Positions 11,311-22,538 of a stretch of DNA of 64,000 nt are shown in pieces. The notes under the pieces are model-generated. The model was not told the DNA's origin. It searched no databases and worked only from the letters and a program-made list of their open reading frames with translations. The position numbers and the translations under genes are program-made. Source of the stretch: Callorhinchus milii (lineage: Eukaryota); contig NW_024704743.1 of assembly GCF_018977255.1 (NCBI RefSeq), positions 84,942,001-85,006,000 on the forward strand, written 5' to 3'. The first letter of the stretch is position 1. Every line of letters begins with the position of its first letter.

Positions 11311-14293
11311 AACTACATGGTTAGCCCCCAGATGCTTGTGAATGTCAGTCTTGTAGTAAAGAAACTAGAATTCCTAATGTGTGCAAAATTCTTCTTCTCC
11401 CTTTAAACATATTCAAGCTTTCAGTAATCCTGCAGTACTACATTTTTTGAAGCATCAACTCAAATGACTTAATATTTTAATATCATAAGCAGTCTATTTT
11501 GATGTGAGTTTACCCATAAAACATAGTTCATCAAAAAGGAACCAATTCCATTTTTTATTGTCATGTAATAAAATTGTTTCAGTGATACAGAAATATATCT
11601 CAATACAGAAATATATCTCAATATATCTCAATTACAGCCAGAAAAGTCTAGATATTTTCTACCTCAAACCTGCCCAGCCCTTGATGTGAAATGCTTTGAG
11701 ATGTCCTCCTGGACATGAAAGGCACCATATAAATGTAAATGATACTGTATTGTAAATACCCATTGTAATTAATTTTCCATTAGGTTCGCTAAATAACCTT
11801 TTTGTAGTTACTGATACAAATGCTTTTAATGTCTAGATGAATTAGTAATGAATGACAGGCTTAAAACAAACAAGTGAGAGGACTTGTTATTCTGTTTTGA
11901 ATAGAGCATTACTAGTACAACTGTAATATGACTGAAGCAACAGTACCAGTTTTCAGCTGTGAAGTTTCAGCCACCTAAACTGAATTGTGACTGGATTCTC
12001 AATAAAGAGTCCTCATTCTGTCTGTTTCCTGCTATCAATCAAAAGACTTTTAATACAAGCAAAGAAAACAATCGTTTTTCACTGATTGGTGGCACCTAAA
12101 GGGTTCAGGTTTTCTGAGTTTGATTTACAGTGGGAAAATATGGGCAACATTTGTGTATAGCTTGCTTTGCTTGGCCACTGGATTTAAAGTAAACAGAGCA
12201 GAAAGGGCCATTCTTTTACATTCGTTCTCCTCCACATACCAAAGGTAATGATCTGAAGCCAACAAAGTCCACAGAGGATGTTTTTCAGCTACTTATCCCT
12301 TTGAGAGACATACTATGTCATTCCTTTTTGGATCCTCTCCACCTTCCAGCCTGTGTAGTAGTCCTCTGCCATCTACCTCCTGTTCTTTTTCTCTCATTGC
12401 CTGCATCGTCCCCATGATTTGGGGAAAGATTCCATCTGTAGCCAATGCATTTGTATTCAGCCTGTGGGCATGAGAGTTAATGAGCTCTCGTTGAAGCTTT
12501 GCTTGTTGCTAATACAAATATTTGTAAAAATGTTAATTTTCCACAAGTTCAAGCTTTAGTATTTGTGTGAGTTACAGAACGGTATTTCCTATCATTGACG
12601 GTTGCCCAAGTACACCACAACTTCGCAGAATGTAAATTGGTCAAACATGCCGACACAGGTTTAAGAAAAACAATTTCTAAAACGGGATAATGAAATCCCA
12701 AATGCCGAAAACATTGATTGCTGCTGATGTTTTTAGAGTGACTATTCTCTCACTCATAAGTCAGGCCATTGATTTAGTTTCTCTTCCTGCCAACTTTTTC
12801 AAAAGGGAAAAATCAGACACTCTAGGAGAATAAACCCTTGCTCTATCAGTTACCTTTTCCACATGGGAAGAATTATTTTATCCTGGAGAATGAACCTCAT
12901 CAGAGTTGAGGCATTGTTACTGATCATTTTCTTCTTGAAAACTCTTCTTGGGTAAACAAGCAGAACATTTCTCAAATCTTTTTGTGAGCCCTTTGAAGGT
13001 AGAATTATCAATGCTGAGGGGAAAGAGCAGTTCAAGTGGTGCCTGTTTCAACTTTCACCCAATTCGATTTAGTGAGATTTATCTGTGGATGCCATTGACT
13101 ACTTCATGCTTGAAGTTTGGGTGTTAAACGTATTAAAGTTTTGCGTCGAGTAAGTGTTGAACTCTCAATTTTATACCAGCACAAGAAATATGGGTTAAAG
13201 AACCTCACACAGGACTGATTGTTATTGCTGATTGTGTCCCATAGGACAGCCTTATTCTGCTAATGGAATGAAAGGTTAATGGTCTGCCATACATATCAAA
13301 ACTTTTTTTTACAATTGAGACTTCATTGGCAGTGTTCAGTTGGGACCAACACCTGAAGCCTCAAATAACTGGTTCAATTAATGGTTTAATTAATGATGCA
13401 GTTAAAGTGCTTCCAAAATAATTAGTCTGGTGGTTTCCTATATGCCGGCAACAAAGCCAAGACCACCTATATCTTTTACCGCAGCAAGGTTCACAATTAG
13501 CTCTTGCATGCATAATGAAAGATAGCATTAACTTAATCGGCCAGCAACTTTGGGACTAAAAGTGACATTGAACAACTTTGGCACTAAAATAATCAAATTC
13601 CTACCAGTTTAACATTCCTGAGAATGGTTCAGAATGAGGGGAAGGTGTGTTCCACGATTTTCTGGTAGGAATTTCTCAGTTGTACTTACATTTCAGGAAA
13701 GGTATAAATAATGGTTTAATGATGGCACCTGTACTTTTTGTAAAGGATATTATTTGTTCACATAGACTGACTCTAGTGTATGGATGCTTGAGATGCCTGG
13801 ATGTGTGGGTTAAGTCTTCAGAGTAAAAAATACTTTACATTAGTTCAACTATAAAACAATATACAAAATTCATATCTTGGAGAAATGCATTGCAGAACAA
13901 ATAATACCGTTCTTTCTGCTCTGTTATGTCATATGTTGTAAATTCAAGAATATTTGCCACTATTGTGTCTGTAAAGCCTCATGACCATTAATTCAAGTAT
14001 GACAACAACTTGCATTTGTATAGCATCCTTCATGTGGGTTGTGTCATGGGGCGCTTAATAGTGACATGATTTGATGCCGAGCCAGAAAGGAGGTAGGGCG
14101 GAAGGATGTGACCGTCGAAGAAGAAAGTCTTCAGATTTGGTTTGAAGATGTGCAGAGACGGGGCTAAGAGGAAGGGATGGAGGTTAAGGAATTCAGAACC
14201 GCCAGTGAGAAGGCATTGATGAGAGCCAAGGAGGATGGAGAACAAAATTCTAGAAAACAGTAAAATCATGAACTCTTCATAATTTCTCACCAG

Positions 14294-14349
14294 ATGGGCA
14301 TCACATATGGGAGACTGAAGCAAAGACTGACAAGGAGCTGTTTAAGCCT
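14294..14349 (+). CDS. NFATC1: NFATC1 internal coding exon (human exon 7 equivalent; RHR-C/IPT domain)
   Basis: ttctcaccag|AT GGG CAT CAC ATA TGG GAG ACT GAA GCA AAG ACT GAC AAG GAG CTG TTT AAG CCT|gtaagt encodes (D)GHHIWETEAKTDKELFKP. Human NFATC1 as recalled: DGHHVWEMEAKTDRDLCKP. 56 bp, ends in phase 0, compatible with the next exon. Too short for the ORF track. Confidence 0.95.
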
Positions 14350-15735
14350 GTAAGTATGCCTGATGTATTGTAAATAATTAAATTATTCAGTCCAGAATCG
14401 TAGAATATTGAAAAAGCCATTATCATTGATTATTATAGAAGAGATGTTTTGTTTTTACTTTGAAACTAATTATGAACAAATGGTTGGAGGGCTACTGCTA
14501 AATTTATAGACTGGCGAACTATAAATATGGATCAGAAACTAAATTAACGGTTTTAGCTGAATTGTGAAGCTTCCGAAGCAGCTAATTATTTCTAGATAGG
14601 AAAATTACAAAGCTGCAAAAAACTAAAATTATATAGCACGTTATCGAAGGGTGCTATAATGGGGTTCCCCTATATTCCCCTTTGCTTCAACAATTTCAAA
14701 TGCATAAAGCAGTTAATGATGCTTTCAGCGACCTGATGACCTGAAAGTTGCCCTTTTGTGTAAGGGTGAATAACTAAAATGGCCAACCAATGGCTCGTCA
14801 GGTCACCACTGATATCACTTCCTGCTTTGCACGTGTACAGTGATGTCAGTGGTCACTTAATAACTTGGAAGTTGGAGATTTTAGCACGAAAACTGGACTG
14901 ATGCATGGGAAATGAGCAGGCCTTCCGTGTGCATGACCGGTGAATGAGGCCCACAATGCAACCACATCATAACCAAATTCACGCTATAAAGTGGGTTATT
15001 AATGGAGCCACACAGTGTAGTCTTCTTTTAGAAAGTATTTACAGAAAATGTAACCTACCAGATGTTTCATATCTGTATCAGAGGTCTTTCATTATTAAAG
15101 AGTTAATATTCTGCATATTAAGTATGAAACTTGTGAGTCCATCATCATCAGTTTCCTAATATTTTCCTGTGGCCAAAATCAGTAAGGATGTTCCCTTTCA
15201 ATCTCATGACCTTTTTTGAATCATGAGTAGTCATCATCACATGGCACTCGTTATTTTGGGCACCAGTGAATATATACTACATGTCTGTGATGTCTTGTAA
15301 TTGAAGCTGAGCTGTAGCCTTGCTTACAATATGATGGGCAGAGGTAGTAACATGATTTACCTCCAGAATCTACCTCTTCGTTGTTTCACCGTTTGCTAAC
15401 TTTGTGCTGATCTTGTTTGATTGTATCAGCATTAGGCAAATTTCAAATATCTATTTGCTGCATATTTATACCTTGTAGAAGAATATGAAATGGCAAACAT
15501 GTACTGCCACTGGAATCTACAGCACAATAGATAAACAAAAGGTTGCATTCGATTTCAATATTTAGATGTTGTTACTTACTGGTACTTGCTAATATTTGCC
15601 AATAAGAAACCTAAGTGTGCTGTCTCCAATTTATTTGTTTAAGGATGTGAGAAAATTCAGCAAACTGCAGCATAAATTGCTCTAATATACCAGTTGCATC
15701 ATATCTATGTGATCGTGCATGTTTTTCTTTTGCAG

Positions 15736-15868
15736 AATTCACTGTTGGTTGAAATTCCACCCTACCGCAACCAACGCATTGCAAGCCCTGTTCAGGTTTA
15801 TTTCTACATCTGCAATGGGAAGCGAAAGAGGAGCCAGAGCCAGCGCTTTACCTACCTACCCGCTAATG
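15736..15868 (+). CDS. NFATC1: NFATC1 internal coding exon (human exon 8 equivalent; end of Rel-homology region with KRKR NLS)
   Basis: tttttcttttgcag|AAT TCA...GCT AAT G|gtaacc encodes [44 protein letters not shown]. 133 bp, phase 0 to 1. Lies within ORF 15694..15885. Confidence 0.97.
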
Positions 15869-16056
15869 GTAACCACTTACATTAAGATTCTAAATCATTT
15901 TGTTCAAAGTCAACACCGCCTGCAATCAATCTGGATGGCAGGTTTCACCATTTGTTAGAAGTAAATAATTCAACTGGAAACTAATTGATGCTGACTGTTG
16001 ATGCAAATTAAGAAAATAAAGACAATATTCATCAGTTATTAAATAAAACCTAGGCC

Positions 16057-16287
16057 TAATAATAATCCTTGCATTTGATAAAGCGCTTTTCACGTCGGGA
16101 GGACGTCCCAAAGCACTTCACAGAACACACTGTAAAGTGAATTGACTGTATATTTGTGGGCGAACGCGGCAGCCAATTGCGCACAGCAATGTCCCACAAA
16201 CAGTCGTAGATTGAAAATGACCAATTTGTTATTGTTTTTGGTTTTGGAGGGATTATTATTAGGCGTGTGGAGTAAGGAAACTTGCCC
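16057..16287 (-). mobile_element. Young SINE, short subfamily, 5'-truncated (no tRNA head)
   Basis: Reverse complement matches the 46110 copy from gggcaagtttcc to the tail. Confidence 0.92.
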
Positions 16288-17198
16288 TGGGTTACATGCA
16301 AAATGTTTATAAATAAATGAGTAAATAAATATCTAATTGTTGAAAAGAAAAATTGCTAACTCGTTCCGTTCGTCAGTATCAGAAATTTGATAATAGAACT
16401 ATTTGAACAGAGAAAAGAGTTTTTCATCTGGAGTCCAATCCAACAATCCCCCAAATAAAAGTGATCATCTATGGGACATTGGAGTGCAAAGTTTGGCTTT
16501 TGCTTACAAAAATACAATTACCCTACTTTATTGTAAATCCTGTGAAACGCTTTGAGATAGTGCCATTCATGTCCTCCCGACGTGTATGGCACTATGTCAA
16601 AAGCAAGGAATATGATTATTAGAGTTTGCAAGAACGTATATAAGAACTCTTAAGAGTGGAGAGTGGAGTAGAGGGAGAGGGGAATTGAAGGATATGGGAA
16701 AGATTAAGGACTGGTGCACACAAGTGGAGTATAAATACTAGCCTGGACTGGTTGAGCCGAGGGGCCGGATTTCCTGCTGTATATGCTTTGCAAATCTTTG
16801 TAAGACTGAAGTCATCAGCAGTAACATAATCAGTCGAAAGCCACTGAATTAACTGTAACTTAAACGTGAAAAACAAACGTATTAGTATAGAAAACATGCT
16901 CAAAAAGTTAGATTTGCCATTATGAAACATGGAGATGGGAATTACGTATACTTCATAATCATAAAATGTCCCATCAATTTGTTAGCATCGCTCACAATCT
17001 ATGAGGGACATTTTTAGGTATTAGAGAGTTTTAGGTCCTTTGTCCATAAACAATTCATTCAAGATGTTTGAACTATACAAGAGCCCGATATCTGCACTAA
17101 CTGGGACTGGTCCCATTATAATATGACCCTAACCCAAATGAAAACAATACAGATATCAGGTCTTCCCATGAAATATCTCATCTCTAACTCTCTCTCTG

Positions 17199-17202
<4 letters not shown>

Positions 17203-17231
<29 letters not shown>
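17203..17231. repeat. (TG)n microsatellite
   Basis: Directly visible. Confidence 0.97.
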
Positions 17232-17235
<4 letters not shown>

Positions 17236-18129
17236 TTAAGTTACTCTTTTTCTCTTGATTCTTTTTTCTTTCTGACTCAGCCCCTCTATGTGGCTCTCAC
17301 TAACCCTGATTTCTTCCCACAAGTTACTAAAAATGTGTATCACCTCGGGGTGCTGATTTAAACTTGCTCATTAAACTTGGGGAAATCTTTACTGCTACTT
17401 ACAATGCCCATAGTTAATAATTTATCTTGGTATTTCATCGTGACTTTACCTTCAGGTTCTCAGCCTCTGTGAAGTTCAGTGGACATATGGTACAGATATT
17501 CGAAACTCCACTTTACTCAGTGGGGAAAATAAAATAAATTATTTTAGTTATTTTTGAGAACAGTTTATTATGATTATGTATTAAACAATGTAAATTATAC
17601 AAATTAGATTCTCCACTTGTCAGTGAATCTATCAATCTACCGTTTGATCTGATGATCAATATTTCCTTTGTAAACCCACATTTGCCAAGATAATACATTT
17701 ATTAACCACGACAGAATTACACTTTTAAGTCACTTGATAGATTAATTTGAAACTATTATCACGTCTTTAATGATAGACTTGCAGTACCCATACTCTTCTG
17801 ATACTGGCAGAAGAAGAGCTCTGTCATAATCTAAAACTGATAGATTTTAGTGGGAAACTATTGCTGGAAACGATTCAACTTTGAAGTACTGTTGCAACAA
17901 CAGCAGTGGTACTGATTTGCATTTCTGCTGATACTACAAACAAAATAAAGAAGGCAGTTGCCAAATCAACTGAGGCTCCAAATTTCTCATGTTCTTGGCT
18001 GTAAGATTGTTTGTTGTCTTAAATGTAAGATATCACATCATTGTTAAAAATAAACCGGTTTCCAAATGAATGCTGAATTTCAGAATGTTCCACACTCATA
18101 AAATGTAAACACCAAACCCTGGAGATCTT

Positions 18130-18500
18130 TGGGCACAGGGTTCCTAGCTTTGTGTTCAGGATTTGCGGTGTTCTGGATGCACCTGGATTACTGAGTACAA
18201 TTCTGCCCAGAAACATGTGGCATTAGAAGCAGTTCAGAGCAGAGCAACTAGGATGATCCATCCCTTAGTGTAAAAGGGATAAGCCACGAAGAATGCCTAG
18301 ATAATCTAGGATTCTTCAGTCTTGAAAAGAAACATTTCAGAGGGGATCTTTTATGGGTATGTAATATGCTAAATGGGGTTTAGAAAGCGAAGCAAAATAT
18401 ATTTCAAATATGCCAATTCATCAGGACAGGAGGGCACAGGTTCAAGGGTATTCAAACAGAGACCAAGAAGTACAATATTTCTTTGCAGAATGGGTGATTT
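18130..18500 (+). mobile_element. Old CR1 3' coding remnant
   Basis: cacctggattactg..caattctg..ttagaagcagttcagagcagagcaactaggatgat..ttcagtcttgaaaagaaacatttcagaggggatct corresponds to HL.Y..QFW..LEAVQ.RATRM..FSLEK...RGDL. Confidence 0.7.
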
Positions 18501-20399
18501 AAGAAAGAAAAACCTTGATTTTTTTACAGCCCCTCTAATGTTTATATGTATTAAAGCAATTTGTGGTGATTGCTGCCATGTGATTATTAGCCAGGTTTAT
18601 TATTTTGGGAGTGACCAAATGCTAGATTTGACTGAAAATAGGAGAATTGTAGGTTGGGTATTCTGGAAGGAGATCATATAGGCCCTAAGGATCTTCTTTA
18701 TATATACCTCTGTTGGGCTTTATGAAGGTGTTGTCTTCATTACAGGTAGATTCAGCTCTTGTAGTTTCCTATTGATAGGACTGGGAGCGCTCTAGGTTGC
18801 TCCCTGCATGAAGGGCGCTATGTAAATACTATTTTTTGTATTTGTTGTTGACCTAGACTCTGCCATAGAACTTTGCAGTAGTTATTACTCCAGTACCAAA
18901 ATTTCTGTCTCGAAAAGTGAAACCGTCCACCTAAACACCTTGGAAAAGATACAGTCTCAGAGTGAAAAAAAACTCTGAGTTTGAGTTTCCATTGGGTCAG
19001 GACTGGAAAAAATGTTTTGAAAGTTACTCACTGCTTGGCCGATAGATTTATTTTAATGTATTTTTAAGCTTGTCAATTAACTTTTCATCCACTGCACACT
19101 GTTACTTGGCTACAGCGGGAGTCATTTCATCCTTAAAAAGAGGAATAAACTACATCTTTGGGATATACAGTATGAGGAACTACTGTCAGGGAGGGGATTG
19201 GGAAGAGACACAACAGAGCTCCAACTATGTAATGTATAGGAATGATGAAGGATTGTAGGTGAAGAGATTAACCTGTTTGGCTGTTTGTCATCTTGGCAGA
19301 TACAAGTGGGTTTTCCATTTGTGGTCCCAGCAGCAAGTTTGCTCTCTCTGTCTTCCATAATTGAATTTTGTAATCCAGCCAGTAAGTTTCAAACTTCAAT
19401 ATGTCCATTTCCCTTGAGAGTACTGCGTGGATTTTTGCAACTGTTTTTTTTTGTAACTGCTATGAATCCAGTACATTGACAGCCTCCCCAAATCATTGAC
19501 CGTGGACGTTTTTTTAATCAACATACAAATATATTTTTCTGGCTTAGTCAACTTCCCAATGGAACTGACAGCTGGAGTCCAATCTCATAAGGATAAGGAG
19601 AGGGAGCACAGAAATCCGAATAATGGCTCAGCCTTGAGCTGGACCTGTCGTCATTGCCAGTAGCCTGATCACTAGTACAGGAAAGTTGGATGATCGTTCA
19701 GTAGTTCTGCTGATCCGCCCCCTTCTTCTCGACCACTGATGCTGGGGAAAGATGGAAAAGCAGATAATTGACAGTAGCTCTATTTTTACTACTGCCAGCA
19801 AGTTGAAGGGTTGCAGACCACTGACAGCCTTCAGCTCACCACAGCTGGAAAGTAGCTCACCTCGAAGTGGAATTTGGCAGGCCTTCTTTTTAGTATTTTT
19901 AGATATTATATAGAGGATGGTGAATTCCTCTGAAATCCAAAAGGAACCTGATAGTCTGTGACAACCATTTGAATTTTGATTGCCGGGCAGATATTCTAAG
20001 CAAAGCGTTGCTTCTTTGTCATTATAGCTGATGAGACAGAATAATGACAAAAGACTTTTTTTTAAAAAATCCACATTTCAAAAGGTAATGGATGAGTGGC
20101 TCAGGTTTACAAGGGACAATTCACTCTTGTGGTTCAGATTTTTTCATTTGGTTAGCCAGGTCTCTGGTACATCACCATGCTTAAGAGTATCCAAATCAAA
20201 CTGAGTGTTCCACACATGTATGCAACCTACACCTTGAAATTCAACTGTGTCTGAATGGAATACACACTCTCTCCCTGGAATGACACACCCTGCATACCTA
20301 GTTCCAGAGAGTATTAGATGCAGTTTGGCAAGAGCCAAAGCTTGGGGACCCCAGAGGGCGTGTCGGGGTTTTCAGATGTTTAAACAACAAAAACTTGCA

Positions 20400-21660
20400 T
20401 AGAATTACATAGAATGATACAACAAACTATTAACAGAAAACAGACTATTTGGTCTAGCTAAACTGTGCCAGTGTTTATTCACATAAGCCTCCACTCCTCC
20501 TAATTCCCACATCCTGTGCCCCTCAATTCCCTTCTCCTTTATGTATACATCAAGTTTCTTCTTAAATACATTTATGATTTTTGCTTCAAACACAGCTTCC
20601 AGCAGTGGGTTCCACATTCTCACCAGACTCTCCTTGAAGAAGTTCCTTCTAAACTTCCTTTTGGATCTGTATTAGTTATCTCTTATTTATGCTCCTTTGT
20701 TTTGGACTCATCAATAGGTGGAAATAACCTATTAACAGCTTAACTTTAACAAATCCACCTTAACGAATCCTTTCATAATGTTAAAAACCTCTACAAGGTC
20801 CCCTCTCCATTGTCTCATCTCCAGAGGGAATAACAACATAATTACATTTGAATAGCCCCTTTCACATTGGGAGGACGTTCCAAGGCCCTGAACAATCAAA
20901 GTTTTAAACCCAAGCTGGGGGTCAGGATTGGGGAGGGTGGAGGGCAGTGGGGGGAAGCAGGGTGATCGAAAGCACGGTCGAAGAGGAGGGTCTTGAGACG
21001 GGTCTTGAAGGAGGCAAGAGAGGGGGCGAGGCAACAACAACAAGATTACATTTGTATAGCACCTTTCACGTCGGGAGGGCATCCCAAGGCGCTGGACAGT
21101 GTACAGCATTTCAAACCCGAGCTGGGGTCAGGGGGGAGAAGGGAGGGAAGGGGAAGGGGGGTGACATATAACATGGTCGAAGAGGAGGGTTTTAAGGCAG
21201 GACGTGAAGGAGGCTAAGGAGAGGGCTAGGCGGAGTGATTGAGGGATGGAGTTCCAGAGGTTGGGGGCAGAGTGGCTGAAGGCTCTCCCGCCAGTTGTGG
21301 GGTGGGTAGGTTGGGGGACGTGGAGCAGGCCAGAGCCATCTGAGCGGAGGGAGCGAGTGAGTTGGTAGGGGGTTAGGAGGTCACAGAGGTAGGGTGGGGC
21401 GAAACCATTGAGGGCTTTGTAGGTGAGGACCAGGATTTTGAACTGGATCCTCTGAAGGAAGGTGATAGAGGTAGGATTTTGCTCGATGTAAGTCTCGATG
21501 TTATGAATGTTACGAAAAGCTCCAACCTGTTCAATCTTATTTTGTGGGCACTAAATATAAATATAACCACTTCCCTACTTTTATATTCTATTACTTCTGG
21601 ACATAAAGCAATGACTGTACTTGCATTCTTTATAGCTGTATTCAACTGTGTTGGCTGCAG
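20400..21660 (-). mobile_element. Old CR1 3' fragment interrupted by the stacked L2 pieces
   Basis: Minus-strand remnants MWNPLL..INVFKKKLDVY, RGDLVEVFNIMKG and IEYKSREV..RLNRLEL. 3' end is catagaatg. Confidence 0.75.
20832..21455 (-). mobile_element. Two stacked L2 3' fragments (about 20832-21031 and 21032-21455)
   Basis: Each piece begins on the + strand with (caa)n..attacatttg.atagc.cctttcac..gggagg.c.t.ccaagg, the reverse complement of the L2 tail. Confidence 0.85.
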
Positions 21661-22150
21661 CTTGCCATTGAAAGTACTACCTGTCAAGCTTCCCATTGCT
21701 TGTCCAGCTCAGACCTCACTACCCTCCCTGTAAGGGGATTTTGATTGGCTTTCAGGATACCAGGATCCAAGCGTGAAAATTCCCTGCTCACTGTGACTGA
21801 TGTACTCCCAAATCCTTCTGATGAGCCAAATTGGCTAATCTTTCACCAGCAGTGCCCTGGACTACTGTGGACCTGCCTGGCTCAGAAATTGGACTGCTGA
21901 GACCACAACAGAGGATTGACTTCATTTTTAAAAATATTTTGCAAAACAGTCCAGTCCTTTTGTACAGTATATGCTTATGTTCCCAACCTTACATATATAT
22001 ATATATATATAAGCTCCCACCACCCCTGAACCCCTTGAGTGTATGTTACCCTATATACACCCACCCTCCCATTTCCTCCCAAACCCTTGGATTAGGTTCC
22101 AGCCTGTAACTCACTCCCACCCTGGAGAGAGCTTGTTATTCTATATATAA

Positions 22151-22538
22151 GTCCCGTAACGTAGTGGCTAGTGCACTTGCCTCGCAAGCAAGAGGACCTG
22201 GGTTCGATTCCTGGGCAGGGTTAGGTAAGTTTCCTTACACCACACACACACCTCTGTTTACCTAGCAGTAAGAGCCCTCAACTGAAATAAAGCCAAGTCC
22301 CCAGTTATTATTCGAATGGAGGATCGCTTTCCGGGGATAATAATCCCTCTAAATAAATAATAATGTGGTCACTCAATCCACAACTATTTGTGGGACACTG
22401 CTGTATGCAACTTGCTGCTGTGTTTTGCCACAAAACACACAGTCGTGTAAAACATACTTTACAGTGTATCCTGTGAAGCACTTTGAGACTTCTCGAAGAT
22501 GTGATAAGGCTCTATATCAAATGCATTATCATTATTAT
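22151..22538 (+). mobile_element. tRNA-Ala-headed SINE, long subfamily
   Basis: Anticodon arm CTTGC-CTCGCAA-GCAAG, B box ggttcgattcc, extra middle segment ctctgtttacctagcagta...ctttccggg, then the Deu-like core and tail. Confidence 0.85.

Noticed and set aside
11585..11630. 18-bp tandem duplication (also a 15-bp duplication near 63691)
   Set aside because: Ordinary slippage duplications with no spacer structure and not CRISPR-like.
1..14293. NFATC1 exon 6 (QRSAQELP...VEKAP-like)
   Set aside because: Not found by eye; probably upstream of the window.
14728..14752. CTGATGA-cct-GAAA hammerhead-like string
   Set aside because: No stem II, stem III or NUH cleavage site.
21818..21842. CTGATGA-GCCAAATTGGC as a hammerhead core
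   Set aside because: It is followed by TAAT rather than GAAA, and the homologous copy near 45230 lacks this stem.
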